This document shows, piece after piece, positions 18,274 to 25,793 of a stretch of DNA of 51,306 nt. Both the position numbers and the translations under genes were made by a program. The notes under the pieces were generated by a model that saw only the letters and a program-made list of their open reading frames with translations, was not told the origin of the DNA and did no database searches. Numbering within the stretch: the stretch's first letter is position 1; each line of letters begins with the position of its first letter. Source of the stretch: Verrucomicrobiota bacterium (GTDB lineage Bacteria > Verrucomicrobiota > Verrucomicrobiia > Limisphaerales > UBA11358); the NCBI GenBank assembly GCA_049516755.1, contig JBEKSU010000001.1:1-51306 (forward strand), written 5' to 3'.

Positions 18274-21200
18274 TTATGGCGTGGATACCAGTTGGACCCA
18301 TTGGGTTCCCGTGCGGTACATAAGCCCATCGGAGGTCTTGATCATGGCATAGAACGGATGCAATCCGGCCCACAAATTTGTTCCCGCCACCGGGAAGGTC
18401 GTGGTGGATTGATTGGTGACGGTGCCCAACGCGCCACCGGTGCTGTACAAAGTAATCAGGCTTACCGTGTTGGTGTTGGCAACCACTTGAATGTGGTAGG
18501 TGCCTTGCACCGGAGCTGAATTGGTCAGGTCGAGCAGTGTCAAGGTCGCGCTCAAGGAGCGGTTCCGGATCTGGACGGGCACGGTCACCTGGGTTTCCGT
18601 TCGCATGCCACTGCCTTCGTAGGCCACGGCTGTTAGATTGTGATAACCGTCAGCCAGGGTCGTCGTATTCAAGGGGAAGTTCAGAGTCAGGCTGGAGGCG
18701 CCGGCTGTGACGTAAAGATGGTTTCGGGGCTCGAGGTCGGATAGGTTTTGCGTGAGGGTGGTGTTTCCCGCGGGTGTGAAGGTGGGTACCGAGGACGACA
18801 CCGTGGGGATGACTTGTATGGCGGCAGCCTGGTAGCCGGGGCTCCGGGCATACAGATTGAAGACGGTGTTGTTGATTTTGGTGCCGTATGGATTCACAAG
18901 ATAATCCCCGGCCACGACACCGTCGCTGCCCTGCAACGCGGAATTCGTGTTGATCGCTGCGACCAATTGTCCGACCAGCGTGGCGGGATTGCCATAAGAC
19001 AGATTGGTGACGGCCACGACCACAGTCTGGCCGTTGGTCTTGGTAATGCTGAACTGGATCCAGGAATTGGTGGAGACCAAATTGGTCAAGCTTAACTGCG
19101 AGTATCCCTGAAAGCCCTGCGCACTCGATGCCAGGAACTCAGGCTGGCTGGCGGTCAGAAAAGTCGTCAGGTTGCCGGCACTGCCAATCGCATTGGCGGC
19201 GGCGATTTGGATTCCGCCGAGGGCGAAATTGGTTGCCAAAGTCGTCCACTGGCCCTGGTTGGTGGAGACTGCAACCACGTAAGGCCGCGTGGCATTGCTG
19301 ACCTGGATCAGCGTGAGGTTTGTCGCCACGTTCAGCACCGTGAAGCCGGGTGGCGCCGGAGGCACGAGCCAGGCCCGGTAAAACCGGCCCGAATTCGTGG
19401 CGGAAGCATCAACAAAATCCATCGACCCGCCGGGCTGATTGGTGAAGACGGACACCCAATTAACGAGGTTGGTGGAAACTTGAACGGCCCAGGGCTGCCC
19501 GGACGTACTGTCCACATGCATCTGGAACGTCCCGGCACCGGCCATTCCCGGCGCCGACAGTTGGGGAGGTTGATCCGTTACCGGCCAGGTCATGCGATAA
19601 AAGCGCATGCGATAGTTCGTGGAGTCGTAATCGGTAAAATTCAGCAGTCCCGGTACGTCATTCGTGCAGATGGGTTGCCAGTTCATGAGATTGGTTGAAG
19701 CCAGGATGACGTAGGGCAACGTGCTGGGAATGGTCACCTCCATTCGGAAGGCTCCGTTTTTATCAGGAGAATCGGGCGTTATCTGGGGTGGAAAGGAATC
19801 CGGCAGGTTGTTGACGCTATACGAAAGGCCGGGGGTGTTCGCCGGGGTGTTGTCGGCAATGTAGAAAGGAACCGCCATGGAACTGGGGGCGATGGATTGC
19901 AACTCGATGCGGTCGCCATGAACCAGGGCCTTCACCAGGGTGACGTTGGTCGCGGCATTAATTAGTGAGGCCAGTCCGGCTGCCACCGTGCTCAAGGTTG
20001 AATTCGTGGGGACGGTGTAAGCGATTGGATATCCGTTCAGGGTGACGGTCAGCCGATTGCCGGGAGACGGAGCCAGGTTGGTCAAGGTGCTGAAATACAC
20101 GCCATCCACGAACAAATCAACTTGTTGCAGGGGGTGATTCCCAGGCTGGGATCTGAATTTCACGGAAAGGTTGGTTGTGCCGTTCAGCACGGCATTGAGG
20201 AGGTTGGTGCCCCATTGTCCAGAACCGGGCTGCGCGAAGGGCGCTGCCAGCGGCTCGGCGACGGTGAGCCCGAGATACGGCGCATTGACACTTTGATAAT
20301 AACTTTCGGCCAGACTGAAGCCGCGGGCCTGGTAAAAGTAAACCTGAGGATTCGGAAACTTCTGGGTATCGTTTTCCGGTTCCGCCACAGTGCCATAGCT
20401 GCCCGACGCCCCGCCATTGATAAATGCCAGCAGGTTGGTCTGGCCGTTGCTCCCGAAAATAACGCCACCGAAGGAAGTCAGACTGTCCGCGACGGCACCG
20501 GGAACGAACAAACCTTGCGGGACGCTGAATTGCGCCAGACCTGTTTCATACCCCTGACAGCCGTTGGGCCACGCAACCCAATCGCTGTTGGTACGCAAAA
20601 TCGAGGAAACGCCCAGAATGTTCACGTTGAAAATGGCGTTGTCGAAATACGGGTACCGCACGTTGCGTAATGGGTCTGAACTCTTCGCCAGGACCACCGG
20701 TTGTTGGGGAAAAGTCCCGTCGCTGGCAACGCCCTGATCCACCAACTGCTCCGCCTGAGCCAGCGAATTGCCAGTAATCATGGTGGCCAGAAACGAATAG
20801 CCGGGCGCACCCAAGGGCATCGCCTGGCGGAAGACCGCCTCACTGGCCGCGTAACTGTTGGTGATGCCCAACGGATCACTTCCGTCGCCCTGTCTGGGGC
20901 CATAGAACAAAGCCGAGGTGGTGCTGTTGATCACGGAACCAAAGCTGGTCTGGAACGGAATATCCATCGAGAGGACGACGTAATCAATCTGGTTGGTCAA
21001 CTGTCGGGCCGCCAGCATGTTCAGCAGGGGCACCACCAGGTTGGTTTGAAAATCATTGCTGGTCCAAAGAGTATTGCCACCCGGCCAATTGATGGACAAA
21101 ACGTTTTGCGGCGGGACCTGGCGTTGCTGGCAGTAGTAATTGCCCAGCTCGCAAGAGTTGGAACTGGCCTGGTTGACGACGACAACCGTGTTCAGTCCGC

Positions 21201-21282
21201 TGCCGCCGGCGTGCAGCTTGCCGACCAAGGTACAGCCCGCCAAAAACATCGCCAAAACTCCACGCTGAAAACTGCCGTCCAT
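18274..21282 (-). CDS. large secreted multidomain protein; N-terminal domain recalls the 'TIGR03790 family' (from memory)
   Basis: Signal peptide LAMFLAGCTLVGKLHA. N-terminal LNTVVVVNQASSNSCELGNYYCQQRQVPPQNVLSI. Repeated STNLxNW...FYR beta-sandwich-like modules. C-terminal Ig-like segment (LADGYHNLTAVAYEGSG). Confidence 0.6.
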   Translation of the reverse strand: MDGSFQRGVLAMFLAGCTLVGKLHAGGSGLNTVVVVNQASSNSCELGNYYCQQRQVPPQNVLSINWPGGNTLWTSNDFQTNLVVPLLNMLAARQLTNQIDYVVLSMDIPFQTSFGSVINSTTSALFYGPRQGDGSDPLGITNSYAASEAVFRQAMPLGAPGYSFLATMITGNSLAQAEQLVDQGVASDGTFPQQPVVLAKSSDPLRNVRYPYFDNAIFNVNILGVSSILRTNSDWVAWPNGCQGYETGLAQFSVPQGLFVPGAVADSLTSFGGVIFGSNGQTNLLAFINGGASGSYGTVAEPENDTQKFPNPQVYFYQARGFSLAESYYQSVNAPYLGLTVAEPLAAPFAQPGSGQWGTNLLNAVLNGTTNLSVKFRSQPGNHPLQQVDLFVDGVYFSTLTNLAPSPGNRLTVTLNGYPIAYTVPTNSTLSTVAAGLASLINAATNVTLVKALVHGDRIELQSIAPSSMAVPFYIADNTPANTPGLSYSVNNLPDSFPPQITPDSPDKNGAFRMEVTIPSTLPYVILASTNLMNWQPICTNDVPGLLNFTDYDSTNYRMRFYRMTWPVTDQPPQLSAPGMAGAGTFQMHVDSTSGQPWAVQVSTNLVNWVSVFTNQPGGSMDFVDASATNSGRFYRAWLVPPAPPGFTVLNVATNLTLIQVSNATRPYVVAVSTNQGQWTTLATNFALGGIQIAAANAIGSAGNLTTFLTASQPEFLASSAQGFQGYSQLSLTNLVSTNSWIQFSITKTNGQTVVVAVTNLSYGNPATLVGQLVAAINTNSALQGSDGVVAGDYLVNPYGTKINNTVFNLYARSPGYQAAAIQVIPTVSSSVPTFTPAGNTTLTQNLSDLEPRNHLYVTAGASSLTLNFPLNTTTLADGYHNLTAVAYEGSGMRTETQVTVPVQIRNRSLSATLTLLDLTNSAPVQGTYHIQVVANTNTVSLITLYSTGGALGTVTNQSTTTFPVAGTNLWAGLHPFYAMIKTSDGLMYRTGTQWVQLVSTP

Positions 21283-21361
21283 AAAATAGAATACTTAGGA
21301 CGTACCGTACGGTCCTCTCACCTAGCGCAAGGTCTTGATATCACCGCATTTCGTTTAACGC

Positions 21362-21393
21362 AACAAAAGAAAAGAGCCGGTCATGGACCGGCC
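21362..21393 (-). terminator. rho-independent terminator after PEP-CTERM gene 1
   Basis: Minus strand GCCGGTC-CAT-GACCGGC (7 bp) followed by TCTTTTCTTTTGTT. Confidence 0.6.
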
Positions 21394-21433
21394 CTTAATT
21401 GCTGTTTTTCAAGCCAAATACCGGCCATCAGAT

Positions 21434-22336
21434 TCACTGACGGCGCCGCGCGAGTCCCAAGACTCCAATGCCCAGAGCGATGAGGGCCAGGCTGGTCGGT
21501 TCCGGAACCACCGTGACTTCCAAGCCTTTGTCCTTGGTCAAGTCGAATTCCTGACCGGCATCAAGCGTTACGTTCCACTGAAAGGCCCACGAAACATCAC
21601 CCGTAGCCGTGGTGATGTCGTTCAAATTCAAATAATTCAAACCGCTGAGTTCGTTCAACGTCTGGGGAACCTGTGCCGCCTCGGCTCTGTTTGCGTTCGG
21701 TCCCAGAATGACTTCACCAATGCCCGTGCCGCCCGGGCCACCGGTCGTTTGGGTGGCTCCCCCATAATTGCCCGGCCCGCCAGAGATATTAACGGTATTG
21801 TTGTTGTTCTGCAGCAAATTGAAATTTGAATATTGGTAGAAGCTCAAGTTGATCTGGCTTAAGCCGTTGTTCACCAAAGATATAGACTCCATCAAATCGG
21901 CGCTCGGAGTGGTCGCGCCGTTGCCCGACAAAGTATATTCAAGACTAGCGGTGAGTTGGCCGTTGTTATACACAACGCCCAAGTCATTAAGCGAACCGAG
22001 AGGGTTGCCGTTGACACTATATACGGTCGCGGCGCTGATAGTGTTTATTGGCTGGGGAGCGGAGCCGTTGATTGAATACCAGAACCACTGCTGGTTTAAT
22101 TGACTCTGGCTAACCCCCCCCACGAACCAGCTATTCATCCCCAAAGTGCCAGTGTTGCCGACATTGACCGTGGCCGTGGATCCATTGTCATTCATTGTAT
22201 AGGTGCTCTGACCGGTTATGTCCACTTGTGCCATGCCTGCGGATGGCAGGAATAAAACTCCCGTCGCAATCCCGGCCATGCACAGTGCCCCAAAATGCCA
22301 GCAAGCCACATATTTTTTAAATTCGCCGTTTTTCAT
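21434..22336 (-). CDS. PEP-CTERM sorting-domain surface protein (paralogue 1)
   Basis: C-terminus VPEPTSLALIALGIGVLGLARRRQ (PEP motif, TM helix, Arg cluster). Signal peptide after the chosen start MKNGEFKKY. Shares the LSFYQYSNF block with 22500..23333. Confidence 0.8.
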   Translation of the reverse strand: MKNGEFKKYVACWHFGALCMAGIATGVLFLPSAGMAQVDITGQSTYTMNDNGSTATVNVGNTGTLGMNSWFVGGVSQSQLNQQWFWYSINGSAPQPINTISAATVYSVNGNPLGSLNDLGVVYNNGQLTASLEYTLSGNGATTPSADLMESISLVNNGLSQINLSFYQYSNFNLLQNNNNTVNISGGPGNYGGATQTTGGPGGTGIGEVILGPNANRAEAAQVPQTLNELSGLNYLNLNDITTATGDVSWAFQWNVTLDAGQEFDLTKDKGLEVTVVPEPTSLALIALGIGVLGLARRRQ

Positions 22337-22499
22337 ATTCAATTGCTCCTCGATTTTGTTTTTTAGCTTCAACTTTAGTCCGACTTGCTCCTTGATGTTC
22401 TTCAGGATTGATTGGTTGTTTATGGTTAAATATTGATCCGGCCGGTTTTGTTTCAGTTTTGTTTCGCGTATGTTTGTTTTATGGTCTGCAAATCCCAAG

Positions 22500-23333
22500 T
22501 CATGAACGGCGGCGATGCAACCATACTAAAGCAAGCATGCCCGTCGAAATAAGCGCCGCAGACGAAGGTTCGGGCACCGGAAAACTTGAAGTAATACTCA
22601 CCGTCATATTGTTGCCGGCTGCGACAGGACCTGAAAACTCATAGCCAAAGACCGCATTGCCCGAGGCGGTCAAGGTCGTGTTGTCAAGGTCGCCCGACCC
22701 GATGAAGGCACCAAACGGGGCGCCGCTGGAATCGGCCTGCACCAAGGTTGAATAGCCGGTTGCAAATCCCTTCCAAGAAAGCGGCCAAGCCCCGCCAATT
22801 TGGCTTTGGTTAACCACAGCATAGGCCTGGGATGCTGACCAAGGAGAAATACTTAGATACTGGTTTCCCGCGCCGGAAGAACCGCCAAGCACGAAATTTG
22901 AATATTGGTACAGGCTCATATTTTGATTTTCACCGCTCGTATTATTGAATACAATTTGCTCCCCCAATGAGGCGCCATTGAGCGATAACTTGTCAGCAAC
23001 GGTGCCAATGCCCGCAATGGTGTACGTCACAGTTAAATATTTTGTGGAACCGAAGCTGCTGGTAACAACCGATCCGCCAGTTAATTGGGTCAGCGGCCCG
23101 CCGCTGATGAGGCTGTAGTATAAAGTTTGCAGGGACAATTGATTGATACCCCCGTAAGCCCAACTGGTAAATCCGTTGACTGAGTCGTCATAAGTCGCAC
23201 TGTAACCACTCGTCGTGGTAATCGTTGTCGGTGACGCGCTGCTTTGAACTGTCAAGGCCATCATGATTAGTGTAAAAAAAGCGCCCCGTAACATCTGCGC
23301 CCCGTTTACGAAGTAATTTTTTTGAATCTTCAT
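22500..23333 (-). CDS. PEP-CTERM sorting-domain surface protein (paralogue 2)
   Basis: C-terminus VPEPSSAALISTGMLALVWLHRRRS. Signal peptide FFTLIMMALTVQSSA. Shares the MSLYQYSNF block. Confidence 0.8.
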   Translation of the reverse strand: MKIQKNYFVNGAQMLRGAFFTLIMMALTVQSSASPTTITTTSGYSATYDDSVNGFTSWAYGGINQLSLQTLYYSLISGGPLTQLTGGSVVTSSFGSTKYLTVTYTIAGIGTVADKLSLNGASLGEQIVFNNTSGENQNMSLYQYSNFVLGGSSGAGNQYLSISPWSASQAYAVVNQSQIGGAWPLSWKGFATGYSTLVQADSSGAPFGAFIGSGDLDNTTLTASGNAVFGYEFSGPVAAGNNMTVSITSSFPVPEPSSAALISTGMLALVWLHRRRS

Positions 23334-23450
23334 AGGGGGTTTTGAATGTTTACTCAGTTTCTTGTTTTATTAATTTTCGGCTTTCTGATTATTACTGGTT
23401 TTGGGGTTTGATGGCTTGTTGGTTGGCTCAGGGGCCGATCCCGCGGTTGC

Positions 23451-23525
23451 TTCTGATTATTTGTTTTTGCGGGGGCCTGCTTGCATCCTGGCTACCCACC
23501 AGATTCCTGCGCCGGTAAATGGATG
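23451..23525. repeat. conserved intergenic element, copy A (TTCTGATT ... TTGCGGGGGCCTGCTTGCATCCTGG-N7-CCAGATTCCTGCGCC)
   Basis: About 60 nt closely similar to 24562..24637. It lies about 27 nt downstream (minus-strand sense) of the stop of 23552..24274. Confidence 0.7.
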
Positions 23526-23551
23526 TTGTTTCATTTTGAATGTCCTGCTGG

Positions 23552-24274
23552 TTATCGGGAACACCGGTTTTTGGAAGAGTGCCGACCACAAGCCAGGGCA
23601 CCCAAGCCCAGCAGAAAACAGCCCGCCGTCGTGGGTTCGGGAACCGTAAAACAGTCTATGTCGCCAACGCTGCTGCCATTGCTGTCAAAGCTGCTATTCC
23701 ATAAACCGGTGAAGAGATGGTCGCCCGAACTGGCATCAAACCATGCGTCGAGAATAATCCCACCTGCGGCGACACTTCCGCCGAAAGCACTTTCCAAGGA
23801 ACCACCGGTAGCATTGAAACGAAATTGAAAAAGGTTGTTGTTGCCATCGCCATAACCAAAAGCCGTCCCCGCTGCTCCCGTGACCAAATTGGCGGTCAAT
23901 AGCGTCACACTTGTATCACCGTCACCGACTGCACCATTAATGGTCAGGGTTCCACCCGTCAAAATCGGGTTTCCGGCATTGTAGTTGATGGTCGCTGACA
24001 AAATATAGGAGTCGGGTATTGAAACCCCCACGTCGGTTGCCCCGCCGTTACCATCAGAGATGTTATAATCCGTTGTCCACCCGCTCGCCAGGAAAGCGCC
24101 TGTACCCGTGCCCGCATTGTAACTGTAAGTCACATCCATGAAAGAACCGGTCAAGTCGGGCAAAGGCACTGGGTTGCTCGGGAAAATTATGTCCGTCGCC
24201 GGCCCCGCCATGGATTGTGAAATCGCCAGAACCAATAACGCACCGATTGCAGTCAGAATTTTCAGGGTTTTCAT
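23552..24274 (-). CDS. PEP-CTERM sorting-domain surface protein (3)
   Basis: C-terminus FTVPEPTTAGCFLLGLGALACGRHSSKNR. Signal peptide MKTLKILTAIGALLVLAISQSMA. Confidence 0.8.
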   Translation of the reverse strand: MKTLKILTAIGALLVLAISQSMAGPATDIIFPSNPVPLPDLTGSFMDVTYSYNAGTGTGAFLASGWTTDYNISDGNGGATDVGVSIPDSYILSATINYNAGNPILTGGTLTINGAVGDGDTSVTLLTANLVTGAAGTAFGYGDGNNNLFQFRFNATGGSLESAFGGSVAAGGIILDAWFDASSGDHLFTGLWNSSFDSNGSSVGDIDCFTVPEPTTAGCFLLGLGALACGRHSSKNRCSR

Positions 24275-24434
24275 ATTTCTTAAGTTTTGAATTTAATGGA
24301 CGTTTTTGGCACATGAACCACCGCTGGCCTCAACCGCAATTCCAAGCAGCGTCGCATGACCCACCGACCCGCCAGCCCGCAAACCAAGAGTGCAAGGATT
24401 CCGATTTTCATATGCTTTTCCGTTTTGGTTTTAT

Positions 24435-24593
24435 TTCTGATTTCTGATTTGTGGGTTGCGGGGGCCTGCTGATTTGAGTTTTGCTATTCTGATTGTTTTT
24501 CTGATTCATTATTTGCGGGGGCCTGCTGGTTTGCATTTCTGATCCGACTGATCTGAGTATTTTCTGATTGGGTCATTGCGGGGGGGGCCTGCT
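24435..24593. repeat. three tandem 57-63 bp units, each with 2x TTCTGAT(T/C) plus TTGCGGGGGCCTGCT
   Basis: The GC-rich 15-mer occurs at 24456, 24513 and 24576. The last copy has G8 instead of G5. TTCTGAT(T/C) octamers occur at 24435, 24442, 24487, 24499, 24537 and 24562. Confidence 0.8.
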
Positions 24594-24637
24594 TGAATCC
24601 TGGTGGCACGCCAGATTCCTGCGCTGGAAAATGAATT
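24562..24637. repeat. conserved intergenic element, copy B
   Basis: See copy A. Contains the hairpin-capable GAATCCTGGTG-GCA-CGCCAGATTC (24595..24618). Lies about 22 nt downstream of the stop of 24659..25345. Confidence 0.7.
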
Positions 24638-24658
24638 TGGGTTCGGTTTGTTCATGAC

Positions 24659-25345
24659 CTATAAAGCCAATAAAATTCTGAGGCGGTTGAAGAAACCATA
24701 GGACGACGTTCCCTGCCGATCTTCCTCCCGCGTTCTCGCCGGCCGGGAGCGCCTGGATCCCGACTTTTTGCTGATGGGTTCCCCCAGGTTGGTGGTTACC
24801 TGCACACAACGATCGTCCCACAGCTCAATCATTCGTTTGTCCTTGACGTTGGTCACTTCCAATTCCGGCAACCCACAACTGGCAAGCCATTCCTTTATCG
24901 CCGCCACCTGCCGGGGGGAGGAGGCGCGGGCGGTGAAAATTTTTACGGTGCGGCCTTCGGCAATCCACTTCTGCACACGGGCCAGCATCGGTTCAATCGG
25001 ACTGCCAATCTCATCCCCGCGCGCACTCCCAAGATCGCGGGCCAGTGTCCCGTCCAGGTCCACACCAATCCACGGGGATCCGCCATACCGCACTTGCGAA
25101 TTGTCCGCGAACTGCTGGCCGCACTTGCGGCACACCGCGCCGATGCGACCGTCCTCCAGCCAGAAGGGCATCAAGGCCTCACCGCAACAAGTAGTCTCTC
25201 CATTGGGTGTGGGGAAGCCATTCTCCGAGCCTTTCTGGCCATCCTGATCGAACCAAGGCATGTATCTTGCACCGCCCTTGGCTCTGCCAGCATCGGCCAT
25301 CGCTTCCACATTGTTATGTAATGCCATGTTCATCGCGACTATCAC
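24659..25345 (-). CDS. HAD-superfamily phosphatase (NT5C/deoxynucleotidase-like core) with N-terminal Zn-ribbon
   Basis: HAD motif I VDLDGT (D96, D98), motif II FTAR (T138), a Lys in VTNVKDK, motif IV LWDD (D177, D178). N-terminal C53C54-x17-C72-x2-C75. The start is uncertain (several Met). Confidence 0.6.
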   Translation of the reverse strand: MIVAMNMALHNNVEAMADAGRAKGGARYMPWFDQDGQKGSENGFPTPNGETTCCGEALMPFWLEDGRIGAVCRKCGQQFADNSQVRYGGSPWIGVDLDGTLARDLGSARGDEIGSPIEPMLARVQKWIAEGRTVKIFTARASSPRQVAAIKEWLASCGLPELEVTNVKDKRMIELWDDRCVQVTTNLGEPISKKSGSRRSRPARTREEDRQGTSSYGFFNRLRILLAL

Positions 25346-25463
25346 TGAAGCTGCTCTTTAGCGGCTCCTCACATCCGTGCGCGTTGGTTTTACTACGGGC
25401 ACACCGCCCCTTATTTTCACACTTACTGTTGTCGTCGGAAGCCGTAACACTTACAATCAATTC

Positions 25464-25630
25464 ATGTTCACAATTGGCCTCTAAATGCTCACAAAATGGC
25501 CGGGGTTATTGACAAAAAGACGGGATGTTCACAAACCTTCAAAAACCAGGCAGGATTAATTCACCATTGTAAAAGTTATTCACCATTTAGGGAAGTTATT
25601 CACAAAGCGTCTAAATTTATTGACAAAAGT
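25464..25630 (+). promoter_or_regulatory. array of 8 same-orientation repeats (core (G/T)TTATT(C/G)AC or ATG(T/C)TCAC) with 19-21 bp phasing apart from one 32-bp gap
   Basis: TTCAC/TTGAC/CTCAC cores at 25467, 25488, 25509, 25528, 25560, 25579, 25599 and 25620, plus an outlier at 25416. The best copies are GTTATTGAC (25505), GTTATTCAC (25575, 25595) and TTTATTGAC (25616). The region is AT-rich and sits between divergent genes. Confidence 0.6.
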
Positions 25631-25648
25631 GTCTTAAATATCTACACT
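25620..25648 (+). promoter_or_regulatory. sigma70-type promoter reading toward the Zn-ribbon ORF
   Basis: TTGACA (25620..25625), exactly 17 nt, then TACACT (25643..25648). The -35 element is itself the last repeat copy. Confidence 0.5.
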
Positions 25649-25793
25649 GCACGCATTGGTAACGGGCAAAAGGCTTGAGAAGGTTTTGCTCTTGGACAAA
25701 CTCGGAACATAGCGCTTCCAGAACATCTGGAAGCTGAGAAATGAGACTTTGGCAGCACTATTGTAACACAATCAGTTTGGAAGTTGTTTCAGA

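Noticed and set aside
24435-24593. Possible CRISPR array
   Set aside because: There are only three imperfect units. The 'spacers' are themselves made of repeated TTCTGATT motifs. The repeat is 15 nt rather than 24-47 nt. No cas genes are present.
25496-25678. 60-aa ORF spanning the phased repeat array (VIDKK...VIHKAS...FIDKSV)
   Set aside because: The DNA repeats fall in different reading frames (25575 is out of frame with 25505, 25595 and 25616). Conservation is therefore at the DNA level and not the peptide level, in an AT-rich intergenic context. A real micro-protein cannot be fully excluded.
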